A stretch of 42,229 nt of DNA from an uncultured Verrucomicrobiota bacterium (GTDB lineage Bacteria > Verrucomicrobiota > Verrucomicrobiia > JAWXBN01). Shown here piece after piece: positions 9,989 to 20,248 of the stretch. Under the pieces are notes generated by a model that worked only from the letters and a program-made list of their open reading frames with translations, was not told where the DNA came from and did not search any database. Each line of letters opens with the position of its first letter. Within the stretch, counting starts at the first letter, position 1. The translations under genes were made by a program, and so were the position numbers. The DNA is taken from contig CAYTAI010000005.1 in NCBI GenBank assembly GCA_964435715.1, forward strand, positions 10,190 through 52,418. Reading direction: 5' to 3'.

Positions 9989-10114
9989 GAGGACAATCAT
10001 CCCCTGAATGCTCCGGCATTGTGTCAGGGTGTCGTAAAAAGCTTGTAAAAGAATTGTAATAAAGCGAAAAAAAATTCTCTTATAAAAGTCTCTTGTTTGG
10101 TCTAAGATGGAATC

Positions 10115-10747
10115 ATGAAAATGGATCACGCGGGCAAAGTCATTATTCCCCAGGGCGCAACCTACTGGCAGGAACGTTATGATTTGAAAGAAGACCAGTG
10201 GGACAAGGGCGAGGCATCTCCCGCGCTCGTGGACTTTCTCGCGCAGCTCGCTCCGGAGCTGAAAACAGGGCGGGTCATCCAGCCGGGTTGCGGCCGCGGA
10301 TATGATCTCGTGCAATTTGCGCGGGCGGGCTTTCAAGGTGTCGGCATTGACATTGCCCCGAGCGCGGTGCGGGACGCGGGCAAATTGCACGGGCAATTTG
10401 TGCAGGAAGGAAGGCTTCATTTTTACTGCGAGGATTTTTTCAGCACGGCACAAACCCGCTGGGCGGGACAGTGCGACTGGTATTTCGAACACACATTTTT
10501 CTGTGCGATTGAGCCCCGTCTGCGCGGTCAGTATGTGAGCAATTTGCTCGGCGTGCTCAAGCCGGGGGGATATTTTCTCGCGGTTTTCTATAACATCCAA
10601 CCCGAGGAAGGTCCCCCTTTTGGAACTTGCCGTGAAGAGCTTGAAGAAAGATTCCTGCCCCATTTTGAACTCCTCAAAGATTATATTCCCCGTTCCTGGC
10701 CGAACCGCACGGGGCTCGAAATCCTCTGGTGGATGCGCCGTAAATAA
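10115..10747 (+). CDS. SAM-dependent methyltransferase, thiopurine S-methyltransferase (TPMT)-like
   Basis: 210 aa. YWQERYDLKEDQWD is the TPMT-type W-rich N-terminus. The SAM motif I is VIQPGCGRGYD, followed by VGIDIAPSAV. Confidence 0.7.
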   Translation: MKMDHAGKVIIPQGATYWQERYDLKEDQWDKGEASPALVDFLAQLAPELKTGRVIQPGCGRGYDLVQFARAGFQGVGIDIAPSAVRDAGKLHGQFVQEGRLHFYCEDFFSTAQTRWAGQCDWYFEHTFFCAIEPRLRGQYVSNLLGVLKPGGYFLAVFYNIQPEEGPPFGTCREELEERFLPHFELLKDYIPRSWPNRTGLEILWWMRRK

Positions 10748-10854
10748 TTGATTCTGAGCAATTTGCTTTTCCAGACAAAGCCGCCCCAAAAAACATTGAA
10801 AAAAATTCAACGAATCCGATAGGGTCACTGTCTATATTATTGGTTAGGTTTAGT

Positions 10855-10921
10855 GGGTGTTGCACCGTTTTTTGGGATGCCCCAATCCCTTAGCTTCTTT
10901 GGTGCAACACCCATTTTTTTT
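10855..10921 (+). terminator. Rho-independent terminator-like hairpin downstream of the methyltransferase gene
   Basis: Perfect 12-bp inverted repeat: GGGTGTTGCACC (10855-10866) and GGTGCAACACCC (10901-10912). It is followed by a run of eight T (10914-10921). The 34-nt loop contains a small nested TGGGAT/ATCCCT(imperfect) element. Confidence 0.6.
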
Positions 10922-10971
10922 GCCCTCGCACTTTGGTCTCTCAGAAAGTTGAGTCAGCGTGTCTTTAAAAT

Positions 10972-11508
10972 TCAGAATGGATTTTTCATGTCCGGGGGGA
11001 GGTCAACGTCGAAGGCGGTGATGATCCGGGCGATCATGGTGTAGAATCCGGTCAGGACAACGATCTCAATGATTCCCTGCACGCCGATTTTGGCGGTTAA
11101 CTTTTTCTGGAGCGGGGCGGGAATGGATTTGCCCGCGAGGGCAAATTGCGCGGCGCGGAGCGCGGGGGTCAGCGGGGAGCGCGGCGGGAGCGATTTGCCC
11201 CGGCGAATGACCTCGATGAGGCTCTCGGGAACACCATTGTCCCGCGCATGCTGCACATGATGATCCCATTCATACGCCACCTGGAGCTTCTGCGAGGACA
11301 GCAGGATCACCGCCTCGCGGATGTCGCCGGGCAATTTGCTCTCAAAGCGCAGGAATGTTCCCAGCCGGCTGACGGATTCCGCCAAGTCCGGATGATTGAG
11401 CAACGTGCGATACATGCCGTCCACGCGGCCCCGCTTTTTCATCAGGGCGGCGAGGAGTTTGCGCGCTTTGGGATTCGCGGATTGTGTGGGGTCGGGCAGT
11501 TTTGCCAT
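10972..11508 (-). CDS. Carboxymuconolactone decarboxylase (AhpD-like) family protein
   Basis: Start taken at ATG 11508 (MAKLPDP...). MYRTLLNHPDLAESV...REAVILLSSQKLQVAYEWDHHVQHA fits the CMD/AhpD-like pattern. Confidence 0.65.
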   Translation of the reverse strand: MAKLPDPTQSANPKARKLLAALMKKRGRVDGMYRTLLNHPDLAESVSRLGTFLRFESKLPGDIREAVILLSSQKLQVAYEWDHHVQHARDNGVPESLIEVIRRGKSLPPRSPLTPALRAAQFALAGKSIPAPLQKKLTAKIGVQGIIEIVVLTGFYTMIARIITAFDVDLPPDMKNPF

Positions 11509-11536
11509 GACGGGAGGAGGTCGGTTGATTGTTTTT

Positions 11537-13255
11537 CTAATCGTGATCGGTCCATTCCTTTGCGGACTGGGCAAAGGGCGCGACGGGCGTTTTAAAATCG
11601 CGTCCGCAACGGATGTCCAGCAGCACCGGGCCATCATGGTCGCGCGCCTGCTCGAATGCCGTAATGAGAGAGCCGGGTTCCGTCACCGTGATGCCGTGAA
11701 GGCCCAGGGAACGCGCGAACCCCGCCCAGTCGTGGGTGGGATTCTCCGTCAGGCGCGTGGGGGTCGGCCCCATGGTTTTGGCGCGGAGATAGACATTGCC
11801 CAGCGCGCTGTTATTGATCAGCACAAAGATGACTTTCACGCCGAAGCGCGCGGCGGTTTGAATCTCGATGCCGTGCATGAGCATGCATCCGTCGCCCGTG
11901 ACGACCACATGGGGTTTGTCCGGCTGGGCGAGCTTGGCACCGATGGCGGCGGGAATCGCCCAGCCCATCGGCCCGAGATTGGTCGCGGAGATGTATTCAC
12001 GCGGGGCGTAGGACTCCCAGTAATGCCCTGCAAAAGCGCGGTGCGCGCCCGAGTCCACGAGCATGACGGTATTCCTCGGCATGACCTTGCGGAGATCGGC
12101 GATGACCCGCGCCGGATGAATCGGGTTCGCGTCGCTGGCCATATTCTCCGCGTCGTAAAGGCGCGGCCCCGAGGCGCGAATCCGTGCCATCCACGCCTCA
12201 CGATCCGCGGCTCCTGCGGCGAGGGCGGCGGCGGCAGAATCATCAGCGCCGACAAAGCGGAGGAATTCCCCACAGTCGCCCACGACGGGAAGCTCCGTGT
12301 GGTAAGTGCGCCCGATGCTCAAGGCGTCATTATCGACATGAATCAAAGCTTTGGACGGGCGGAATTTCCCGCTCCAAAAAAGCGTGTCACGCTGGTTCAG
12401 TCCGGAGCCCAGCACGATGAGGGTTTCCACCTCATCGGAAAGAATCGTCTCGATGGCGTGACGGGTTCCACTGTAACCAAATATTCCCAGAGCCAGGGGA
12501 TGATCCTCGGGAAAAACGCCTTTGGCGCGGAGGGTCGTCGCCACGGGAATCCGGAATCTCTCCGCGAAAGCCAGCAGGCCGCCGGAGGCTTCGGATTTCT
12601 CAATGCCCGCACCCGCCAGAATGACCACCTTGCGCGTTTGCCCGAGAACCGGCGCAAATTGCTTCGCCGCCTGAATGTCCAAGAGCCGCGGGGTCGCCAA
12701 TGAGGCGGGCAGTTTCCCATAGACGAAGTCCACATCGGCATTCTGAATATTTTTCGGCAGCACCAGATGAACCGGCTTGTGCGGGGTGGAGAGCATCCGG
12801 GTCATGAGCCGGTGGAGATCGAATTTCAGGAGGCGAATGTCATCGACGCAGAGTTCATCGGCTGTGACCGTGCGAAGAATGTCCACATCGTCGTAGGAGG
12901 CCGCACTGGAGTCTTGGAATCCGCCGCGCCCATCCCAGTCGGTGGGCACCTGCCCGCTCATCAGGAGCAGGGGAAATTCATCCGTCAGCGCGGTCGCCAG
13001 AGCGGTGACGGCATTTGTGATGCCCGGCCCGCCGATGCAGAAACACACGCCGAATTTTCCACTGCCACGGGCGTAACCATCCGCCATGTAAGCCGCCCCG
13101 GACTCATGCGCCGCGACAATCGGGGCAACCCCCGGCACCCGGTCGAATGCGGACAGGAATGGGTCGATCAACCCGCCCGGAACCATGAAAATGTGTGTGA
13201 TCCCCTCGGTTTTGACAGCTTGAACGATGTAATCGGTTGTTTTCATGAAATACAC
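11537..13255 (-). CDS. Thiamine-pyrophosphate-dependent enzyme (acetolactate synthase large-subunit-like)
   Basis: 572 aa. N-terminal TPP-pyrimidine domain: GITHIFMVPGG...HESGAAYMADGYAR. C-terminal TPP-binding motif: GDGCMLMHGIEIQTAARFGVKVIFVLINNSALG. Substrate not assignable. Confidence 0.85.
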   Translation of the reverse strand: MYFMKTTDYIVQAVKTEGITHIFMVPGGLIDPFLSAFDRVPGVAPIVAAHESGAAYMADGYARGSGKFGVCFCIGGPGITNAVTALATALTDEFPLLLMSGQVPTDWDGRGGFQDSSAASYDDVDILRTVTADELCVDDIRLLKFDLHRLMTRMLSTPHKPVHLVLPKNIQNADVDFVYGKLPASLATPRLLDIQAAKQFAPVLGQTRKVVILAGAGIEKSEASGGLLAFAERFRIPVATTLRAKGVFPEDHPLALGIFGYSGTRHAIETILSDEVETLIVLGSGLNQRDTLFWSGKFRPSKALIHVDNDALSIGRTYHTELPVVGDCGEFLRFVGADDSAAAALAAGAADREAWMARIRASGPRLYDAENMASDANPIHPARVIADLRKVMPRNTVMLVDSGAHRAFAGHYWESYAPREYISATNLGPMGWAIPAAIGAKLAQPDKPHVVVTGDGCMLMHGIEIQTAARFGVKVIFVLINNSALGNVYLRAKTMGPTPTRLTENPTHDWAGFARSLGLHGITVTEPGSLITAFEQARDHDGPVLLDIRCGRDFKTPVAPFAQSAKEWTDHD

Positions 13256-13343
13256 TCCTCAAAATGGGTTTTTTGCCGGGCGCAAATTGCGCGGGCATCA
13301 TGTGACGCGGGAGATTTTCTGTCGAGAGGATAATCTAAAAAAA

Positions 13344-13811
13344 TCAGCAACAACCCGTTGACGGAGAGCAGCAGGATTCATCTTCGGTGGCTTCACCGCC
13401 CACGCCGCATTTGTCTTTTGCCAGACAGTCGGTGTGCTTTGTCACGAGGGTCATGACTAATATACCGTTTTCCACATGGATCGTTTCCAGTGGAAACAGA
13501 CTGACATTCGTGTCTTCGTATTCGATCTCCACATTGATATCCAAGCTTGGAAAAAGTTTTTTAGATAAATCCAGAATGACGGATAATTTATCAGTATCCA
13601 AACGGTGATCTATGTCGCCGGCCACCCAGACTTGGAGCACACACGCCTCTAAAGTGCGCTCTGTCCCGCCGCAATCAATAAAGTCCTTGCGGACACGACC
13701 CACCTCCGTGACATGAAAATGGGCGGGGACGGATTTCCCCCCGGGGAGACGGATGGCGATATTTTTTGCGGGGGATTCTGCAAGTATTGTGATAAGATCA
13801 TTGAGTTTCAT
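13344..13811 (-). CDS. DUF6428-family protein with C-terminal Cys-rich tail
   Basis: Start at ATG 13811 (MKLNDLITIL...). VPAHFHVTEVGRV...LQVW matches the family I remember as DUF6428, which is often found in ars loci. The tail is ...EDESCCSPSTGCC. Confidence 0.5.
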   Translation of the reverse strand: MKLNDLITILAESPAKNIAIRLPGGKSVPAHFHVTEVGRVRKDFIDCGGTERTLEACVLQVWVAGDIDHRLDTDKLSVILDLSKKLFPSLDINVEIEYEDTNVSLFPLETIHVENGILVMTLVTKHTDCLAKDKCGVGGEATEDESCCSPSTGCC

Positions 13812-13907
13812 GATTCCTTGTTTACGGGCAGACAAACTCACATACAACGGAAAATATGTGACGATTTAATGTTTGGCAAAGGGAATGGAAATATCTTAAA
13901 TCATCAT

Positions 13908-14873
13908 ATGATCACGGCATGGGAGGTCTTTCAGGCATCAGCGGCTCTGCTCGCAGTCTACGGGGTGGCGATTTTTCTGCGTTGGAAAAACATTCTCAAA
14001 TCCGAGCACGAGGCTTTTTTGAGCGGGCTCCTGATGAATGTTTGTATTCCGGCGGCTGTTTTTTCCGGGCTGGCACGCCAAGAGATCGCCTGGCATCTTT
14101 TTTTTGGTCCGCTGGTGATGTACAGCTCGGAAATCTTTGCCGGACTTTTGGCTTTTATTGTGGGATCTTTTCTCCTCAGACTCAAGCCGCCCCAGCTCGG
14201 ATCCCTTATTCTTTGCAGTGCATTTGGCTCGGCGACAACCGTGGGCATGGCGTTTATCGAAGAGCTGTATCAAGGGCATTGGCTGGCTTTTACCGAGGCG
14301 ATTATCACGGCTCAAATCGGTGTGGCGGCATTGATATTCTTGCTGGGAGCACCCGTCGCGATTATTTTTGGAGGTCAAGGGGAGGGACGCGAAAAAATCA
14401 AAACGGAGATTATGAAATTCTTGCGTTCCCCGATCTTTATCGCGCTGATTGCCGGAATCCTCTGGAGCGCATTGAGATTGCCGGATGCCTCCGATAAATA
14501 CATGGGACCGGTCTTCCAGTTTCTCGGGCTTTTGCAAGGTGCCATCGCGCTGCTCGCCGGACTGGCTGTAGGACTGATGATTCGTCCGGTCAAAATCCGT
14601 TCAGTCGCCGGGCTCGTCCTTGCTGTCGTCATGATCAAGCTGGTCCTGGCTCCGCTATTCACAGCGGGCGCGAGCACAATACTGGGCTTTGAGCCGATGT
14701 GGAGGGGGGTTCTGGTCTTGATATCTGCCATGCCTTCGGCGGTGATTGCCGCGCTTTTTGCGCGGAAATACGGGTGTGACGCATCGCTTGCGTCGACACT
14801 GGTGATTGCCACAACGATTGTCTCTGTGCTGACACTCCCCGTCGTTTATTCCCTGTCAATCAAAGGCTTTTGA
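13908..14873 (+). CDS. AEC (auxin efflux carrier) family permease
   Basis: Start at ATG 13908 gives 321 aa. It is polytopic and hydrophobic throughout (about 10 TM segments). SGLLMNVCIPAAVF near the N-terminus is typical of AEC/membrane transport family proteins. Confidence 0.65.
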   Translation: MITAWEVFQASAALLAVYGVAIFLRWKNILKSEHEAFLSGLLMNVCIPAAVFSGLARQEIAWHLFFGPLVMYSSEIFAGLLAFIVGSFLLRLKPPQLGSLILCSAFGSATTVGMAFIEELYQGHWLAFTEAIITAQIGVAALIFLLGAPVAIIFGGQGEGREKIKTEIMKFLRSPIFIALIAGILWSALRLPDASDKYMGPVFQFLGLLQGAIALLAGLAVGLMIRPVKIRSVAGLVLAVVMIKLVLAPLFTAGASTILGFEPMWRGVLVLISAMPSAVIAALFARKYGCDASLASTLVIATTIVSVLTLPVVYSLSIKGF

Positions 14874-14908
14874 TGTTTGGCAATGGCTGTGTGATGGATT
14901 TTTTCTCA

Positions 14909-15277
14909 TCAGGCGGCGGCTTGACCGGACAATTCAGCCATATGACGACCGACGGAGAAAGCGTTATGAAAAAGCCCGTTTTCATAATCCATTTTTAACC
15001 GGCGGTAATTTTCGTGCCTGTAGAAACAATTCTCAGTGCTGAATCCGACGACATCGAATGTGGCTGGAATATTGGCCACGTTGAAAAGAGCACATTCCCC
15101 GTCCTCAAAAAGAACAAAAACCCCTGTTTTTCCGAGGAACTCCGTAATGTCAAAACACAAACCAATGATGCCCGCCTCCCAATGTTGATAGGAGACTTTG
15201 AGTTTTACAATCGTGCCCACAGGCAGCGGTCGTGAGGGTATTTCCAGTCTTGTCGGTGTTTGCATGTCGATAATCAA
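14909..15277 (-). CDS. Hypothetical protein
   Basis: 122-aa ORF with no competing ORF of similar quality. I recognise no family. Confidence 0.4.
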   Translation of the reverse strand: MIIDMQTPTRLEIPSRPLPVGTIVKLKVSYQHWEAGIIGLCFDITEFLGKTGVFVLFEDGECALFNVANIPATFDVVGFSTENCFYRHENYRRLKMDYENGLFHNAFSVGRHMAELSGQAAA

Positions 15278-15466
15278 CCATGCTTGCGTGTCAACAGAGT
15301 GTCGACTCCTTGACAGTCCTGTGAAAAGCGTCGCGGATGACGCGCCGGCGCGATCCTTTTTTTCTTTTCACAGAGTGAATTGATTCTCTATATTAAGAAA
15401 ATCCAATATTAACCGTATTGAATCAAAACAGGTGAAACCCTTTCACAGGGATGAATAGACTGCTCA

Positions 15467-16354
15467 GTGAATACGATCAGACAGATTTTGACAAATGCAT
15501 CCCACGTCCTTCGTGGTGCGGTCAAGGGCTGGATGCAGCACAATACCCAGAGGGAAGCCGCAGCCATCGCCTTTTATGCCATCTTCTCAATCATCCCGCT
15601 GATGATGATCGGGGCGCGGATTGCCAGTTTCTTCATCGGCCGGGATATGGCGAGCACGGAGGTGATCCGTGTGGTCTCGGATTACGTGGGAGACCGCGCA
15701 TCATTGATCGTCGAGAATATCCTCAATCAAAGGGTGCTCAGCAATAAACCACGGCTGGAAATCTGGATTGCCATAGGGGTCATCATCTGGTCGTCCACCC
15801 AGGTTTTTGCCGAGTTGCGTTATGCCTTGAACCGGATTTGGGAGATTCCTTCGGAGTCCTTTCGTGTTGAGCTGTTACGCTACCTGAAAGGGCACCTGCT
15901 GGCATTACTCATCGTGGTTGCCATCGGTCTGGTGCTGCCCGTCTTTCTGCTCTTGAGCACTTTTGTCTCCACAGCTCTGGCATTTATCGAGACGACTTCC
16001 CCCTACCACACCACATTCTGGATTTTCTGGAATGAACTGGTCAGTCTTTTGGTGGCGGGACTGATTTTTTTCTTATTCATGAAATTCCTGCCCGCGTCAA
16101 AAATGAAATCCTCCGACATGATTCCCGGCTCTATTACAGCGGCGCTGATATTCACCGCGTCGAAATCCATCATTGGTCAATATCTCAGTCATAGTTTTGT
16201 CGCGACGCTTTACAGTACCACCAGCTCGATTGTTTTTATTTTTATCTGGGTCTATCTGGCGACCATGATATTCTTGTTTGGCGCGGAGATTTCGAGGTCT
16301 TATGCCCTTCAGTTTGGCTCAATGTCCCCCAAAGCGAAACCCACTTCCACATGA
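15467..16354 (+). CDS. YihY/BrkB (virulence factor BrkB / 'RNase BN-like') family membrane protein
   Basis: 295 aa, GTG start. REAAAIAFYAIFSIIPLMMI is the family-typical N-terminal segment. Six or so TM helices. Confidence 0.75.
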   Translation: MNTIRQILTNASHVLRGAVKGWMQHNTQREAAAIAFYAIFSIIPLMMIGARIASFFIGRDMASTEVIRVVSDYVGDRASLIVENILNQRVLSNKPRLEIWIAIGVIIWSSTQVFAELRYALNRIWEIPSESFRVELLRYLKGHLLALLIVVAIGLVLPVFLLLSTFVSTALAFIETTSPYHTTFWIFWNELVSLLVAGLIFFLFMKFLPASKMKSSDMIPGSITAALIFTASKSIIGQYLSHSFVATLYSTTSSIVFIFIWVYLATMIFLFGAEISRSYALQFGSMSPKAKPTST

Positions 16355-16749
16355 TATCCGAATCCCCCCCGCATCCATTTTTGGCGCGCACACTTTTTGG
16401 AGGAGGTCTTTTCCTTTTGATTTGTGCCGGGTTGATTTATGCCACGATCAACGAGGAAGCGTTGAAATCCGCCTGGCCGGCCTTTGTCTTTGGCAGTGCC
16501 CTGATTTTTTTCGGAGTCATGCAGGTGCAAAAGAAACCGTGGGCGATCAAGATGTCCATTTACACCCTGCTCCTTGCGATGTTCGCATTTTTCATCAGGG
16601 GCTTTACAAATCTTTTGCAAGTCACACAAGGCAGTCCGGACAAATTGCCCTTGTCACTTTGGGGATGGTTCAGTTGCGCCGGCATGATCCTCACGCTTTT
16701 CATCCTCTTCCGCCAGCTCAAGGTCAAAGCCCCCCCGTCCAAACGCTAG
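16351..16749 (+). CDS. Hypothetical small membrane protein
   Basis: 132 aa with four hydrophobic segments. ATGA overlap with the yihY-like gene suggests co-translation. Confidence 0.5.
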   Translation: MISESPPHPFLARTLFGGGLFLLICAGLIYATINEEALKSAWPAFVFGSALIFFGVMQVQKKPWAIKMSIYTLLLAMFAFFIRGFTNLLQVTQGSPDKLPLSLWGWFSCAGMILTLFILFRQLKVKAPPSKR

Positions 16750-16759
16750 AAAACCGATA

Positions 16760-17353
16760 TTACTGGAAAACAACAATCAGTTCGGTGACCACAGGTTTAG
16801 CACCGAGCAGTTTTGCATCTGTGGAGAGTAAATCCCGTTCGCCGGAGAGTTCCGGATCATATTGCTCCACGGAGGGATAAAAGCGCACTCCGGCGACCCC
16901 ATTGAGTTTTCCCCCTTCAAAATTCGCCCACCCGCCGTAGTCCCAGTCGAATCCACTCAACTTGAATGGTGCCCCATTGGCTTGTCCCACCTCTTCTATA
17001 CTGGCTCCCAGTTTTAGACCGTTATCGAACTTCCATGCTTTACCGATAATGATGACGGTCGTGACCATTTTTTCACCCGTCTCCGGTTCCCACATGACCT
17101 GCAGTTCCTTGTCCGTGCCCTTGAAAATCCAAGCTCCGGGCGAAACACTGCCCTCCGGCCCGGGCAATTCCCCGTCGATGACATTTTCTTTTCCGTAAGC
17201 CGTTTGCAGGTTTTCGAGGGTCGCACCTTTTTCGATGGCTCCGACCCGCACCCCGGGGATCACGGTCAAATCATCGGCACTCACGGGGGTGGCGGCAGGG
17301 AGTGGCGCGATACGCAAAATCAAAAGCAGGATGACTGTGATCAATAATTTCAT
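16760..17353 (-). CDS. Hypothetical exported protein
   Basis: 197 aa with a clear signal peptide ([21 protein letters not shown]). I recognise no family. Confidence 0.5.
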   Translation of the reverse strand: MKLLITVILLLILRIAPLPAATPVSADDLTVIPGVRVGAIEKGATLENLQTAYGKENVIDGELPGPEGSVSPGAWIFKGTDKELQVMWEPETGEKMVTTVIIIGKAWKFDNGLKLGASIEEVGQANGAPFKLSGFDWDYGGWANFEGGKLNGVAGVRFYPSVEQYDPELSGERDLLSTDAKLLGAKPVVTELIVVFQ

Positions 17354-17444
17354 TGCCCGGTTTCATAACATGGAGCCACCCAAAACTCAACAGAACAAAA
17401 TGATTTGCTGGCATGACACACAGAAACAATTTATAGATACCCCC

Positions 17445-17954
17445 ATGAAATCCTCAGCCTTGCCGAAGCTCCCCCGCAAACCGCTCGTCGGAATCATCAT
17501 GGGCAGCCAATCCGATTGGGACACCATGCAACACACCTCCGCCATTCTCAAAGAATTCAAGGTGCCGCATGTTGTGAATATTGTCAGTGCTCACCGCACC
17601 CCAAAACGCCTCTTTGAATATGCATCATCCGCCGAGTCCCGGGGACTGTCCGTGATTATTGCCGGAGCTGGCGGTGCCGCCCACTTGCCTGGCATGGCGG
17701 CGAGCCTGACCCCCTTGCCCGTGCTCGGGGTTCCTGTGGAGAGCAAAACGCTCAAAGGGCTGGACTCCCTCCTGTCCATCGCGCAAATGCCTGCCGGCGT
17801 GCCGGTCGGCACATTGGCAGTGGGGAAAGCCGGGGCGACGAATGCCGGGCTCCTCGCCGTCTCCATCCTCTCGGTCAAATACCCGTCCTTGAGCAAATTG
17901 CTCCGGGACTTTCGCACGGGACAGACCGCCTCGGTGAAGAAAAAGCCGTTTTGA
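17445..17954 (+). CDS. purE: N5-carboxyaminoimidazole ribonucleotide mutase
   Basis: Start at ATG 17445 gives 169 aa. [27 protein letters not shown] and PVLGVPV are canonical PurE motifs. Confidence 0.92.
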   Translation: MKSSALPKLPRKPLVGIIMGSQSDWDTMQHTSAILKEFKVPHVVNIVSAHRTPKRLFEYASSAESRGLSVIIAGAGGAAHLPGMAASLTPLPVLGVPVESKTLKGLDSLLSIAQMPAGVPVGTLAVGKAGATNAGLLAVSILSVKYPSLSKLLRDFRTGQTASVKKKPF

Positions 17955-17992
17955 ATCCTTCGAGCTAAATTTTTTTTGATTTATGACTCCCG

Positions 17993-20248
17993 TCACCCTT
18001 GAGTGGCGCGGAGGTCGAGTGTGTAAGGTGCCTTTTTGTGGCTCTGGAAAGTCCGGGGTTGGACGGCTGTGCCTTGTTTTGCGGGGTGATGCACGATTCT
18101 TTCGAGCACACGGGCACGGGCTTCTTGCTGATTGCGGGGGAGCCCGTCATATTTTCCTGATTTGGGTTTCCAATTCAAATAATCAAAGGCGTGGGTGATT
18201 TTGCCGGATTGACGGTCGATAATCTCGAAAGAAAGCGGGGAATGTGCTTTGACTTGTGGCTGCAGGGAGTGGAGCAGATCAAAGAGGCGGTAACGAACGG
18301 CGCACACCGCCTCGTGATCGTCTTGTATGACCAGGGGAGCGCGGTATCCATTCACCGAGAGGGTGGGGAACTCAAATGGTTTGAGCGTCTTGATCAGGAT
18401 CTCGATCCGGTCGGTGGAGGCGTCCACCGTGCGTGCGACAGTGCCCGCGGCTGTGGGCTGCTCTCCCAGCACCGGCCAGGGTTCGACAGCCTGCCGCAAA
18501 ATGATTTCCGCATCGGCAGTCGTGATTTTTTCAATGACCGGATAACGGAAGTCGATGATTTCATCAAAAAGGGTTTCATCCACGTTGAACCCGTGTTCAT
18601 TCACAAAAGCAATGACTGCACGGAGATCACGCTTCAGGAAATAGGGCAGGGCAAACTCGTCATGGAGTCTGTGCTCAAAATCAATCAACGGGTGTGTATA
18701 TGGTTTTTGAAGAAAACAAGCCGCCAAGAGCCGTGGCAAGAGGTTTGCTGCCAGAAAAAGTTCACGCGATGGCAGCATCTCAAAAGCGCGGAACTCCACG
18801 AGCCCCAGCTGCCCATTGGGCATGAAAGGATTATAAAATTTATCAACGCTGATCTCCGCCCGGTGCGTGTTGCCATTCCAGTCCAGGAGCAAATTGCGCA
18901 GGATGCTGTCGAGTTTTTCGGGATCAGCGGGTGATGCCATTGATTCAATCGCCTTGAGCGAAATCTCCAGCTCGTAGATCAAGTCGTAAAAACTCTCGTC
19001 CACGCGGGGTCCCTGGCAGGACGGCCCGACAAAAAGCCCCGTAAAGACATAAGACAATGAGGGATGATTTTGAAAAAAGCGGATAAAAGAGGGCAAAAGC
19101 TTCGGCTGTTTGATAAAAGCATTTTCCTCGAGGGATGGCCCCCCGAGGATGATGTGGGAGCCGCCGCCTGTGGCGACTTTGCGCCCGCTAAATTGGTATT
19201 TGTATGATTGCAGACCGGCCTGCTCCGCGCAATGAAAGAGCAATTTGCTGAACCGGTCGAGCTCATCCCAGCTCCGTGCCGGCGGAATATTGATCTCGAG
19301 GACGCCGGGGTCGGGAATCACCGTGACCCGCTCGATCTCACCGGAGGATGGGGGGGGATATCCCTGAAAAATGAAAGGAGGACATTTGAGTGCTGTCGTG
19401 GCGGCATTGACTGCGGCGGTCAAGTCCAGGAATGCGGAGAGAGTTTTGACCGGGGGAAGGAAAATGCACAAGTCCCCGTCCCGGTTATACTCCACAACCA
19501 ATGCTGTCCGGACCGCTTCTTGGGGCAATTTGACCAGCGGCAAACGCAATCCTGCCGGACTGTCCCCTGGCACCATGACAATGCCCCCGCTGTAGTCAAA
19601 ATCCCATTTTTGCGAACGCCACTTTCCCGCTTCGAAGTCCAGCGGCAAGACCCAAGCGGCCGGTTCGCACATCGCATCCCATTTGAGTGCGGATGCGGAC
19701 TTTTCCAGCTCGGGGATGACAAAGGTTTTTTTGCTCCTGTCGAAAAAAGGAAGAGGCACTTTTTCGCCTTTCATTTTTAAGAAATACATTTGCCCCTCGA
19801 CATCTTCAAAAGCGGGTTGTGCCATTTTTTCATCGAGCCCGAGTGAACGGGCAATTTGCCGCGCCAGGGACTCTGGCAATGCAGGATCCGTTTTGGCGGT
19901 TACTCTCGATTCATCGAGTTTGAAGCGACCGAGGCCGCTCCATAAAGGTTGTCCGTTTTTGTAGTAATAAACGCCGAGACTCCAGCGGGGAAGGGGTTCG
20001 CCCGGATAATGTTTTCCGACGGTTTGCATGATGAGCGAGCCCGGAAAAGCCTTTTCTGCGAGGCTGCGGACCAGTGCCCGTCCGAACCGGATTTTTTCTG
20101 GACCCAGAGCGGCTGTATTCCACTCCGCCGCCTGATTGTCCTGGGGGACGAAGGTGGGTTCTCCCCCTTGGGTGAGGATGATTCCCGAGCGCTCAAAGAC
20201 CGCGTCGGCGGCCTGTCCTAAAGAATGAATGTGTTCTGATTTCGTCAT
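17993..20248 (-). CDS. DUF2126-family protein (C-terminal module of large transglutaminase-family proteins)
   Basis: 751 aa. LTQGGEPTFVPQDNQAAEWNTAALGPEK...GKHYPGEPLPRWSLGVYY matches the start of the DUF2126 region as I remember it. ATGA overlap with the upstream transglutaminase gene. Confidence 0.7.
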   Translation of the reverse strand: MTKSEHIHSLGQAADAVFERSGIILTQGGEPTFVPQDNQAAEWNTAALGPEKIRFGRALVRSLAEKAFPGSLIMQTVGKHYPGEPLPRWSLGVYYYKNGQPLWSGLGRFKLDESRVTAKTDPALPESLARQIARSLGLDEKMAQPAFEDVEGQMYFLKMKGEKVPLPFFDRSKKTFVIPELEKSASALKWDAMCEPAAWVLPLDFEAGKWRSQKWDFDYSGGIVMVPGDSPAGLRLPLVKLPQEAVRTALVVEYNRDGDLCIFLPPVKTLSAFLDLTAAVNAATTALKCPPFIFQGYPPPSSGEIERVTVIPDPGVLEINIPPARSWDELDRFSKLLFHCAEQAGLQSYKYQFSGRKVATGGGSHIILGGPSLEENAFIKQPKLLPSFIRFFQNHPSLSYVFTGLFVGPSCQGPRVDESFYDLIYELEISLKAIESMASPADPEKLDSILRNLLLDWNGNTHRAEISVDKFYNPFMPNGQLGLVEFRAFEMLPSRELFLAANLLPRLLAACFLQKPYTHPLIDFEHRLHDEFALPYFLKRDLRAVIAFVNEHGFNVDETLFDEIIDFRYPVIEKITTADAEIILRQAVEPWPVLGEQPTAAGTVARTVDASTDRIEILIKTLKPFEFPTLSVNGYRAPLVIQDDHEAVCAVRYRLFDLLHSLQPQVKAHSPLSFEIIDRQSGKITHAFDYLNWKPKSGKYDGLPRNQQEARARVLERIVHHPAKQGTAVQPRTFQSHKKAPYTLDLRATQG

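Noticed and set aside
9989-10828. N-terminal 280 aa of the 455-aa minus-strand ORF 9461..10828.
   Set aside because: This part has low-complexity, unrecognisable sequence. It lies antisense to a well-supported TPMT-like methyltransferase gene (10115-10747). The internal ATG at 9988 yields a clean signal peptide plus rhodanese domain, so the extension is a read-through artefact of high G+C.
11396-12703. 435-aa plus-strand ORF antisense to the TPP enzyme and the CMD-family gene.
   Set aside because: It is Arg/Gly/Ala-rich and has no recognisable motifs. It lies fully within strongly supported minus-strand genes, and long shadow ORFs like this are typical of GC-rich DNA.
13713-13907. ORF-track N-terminal extension of the AEC permease (start 13713), overlapping the DUF6428 gene.
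   Set aside because: The extension is Cys/Gly-rich, non-membrane, and antisense to the DUF6428 coding region. ATG 13908 begins directly with the first TM segment.
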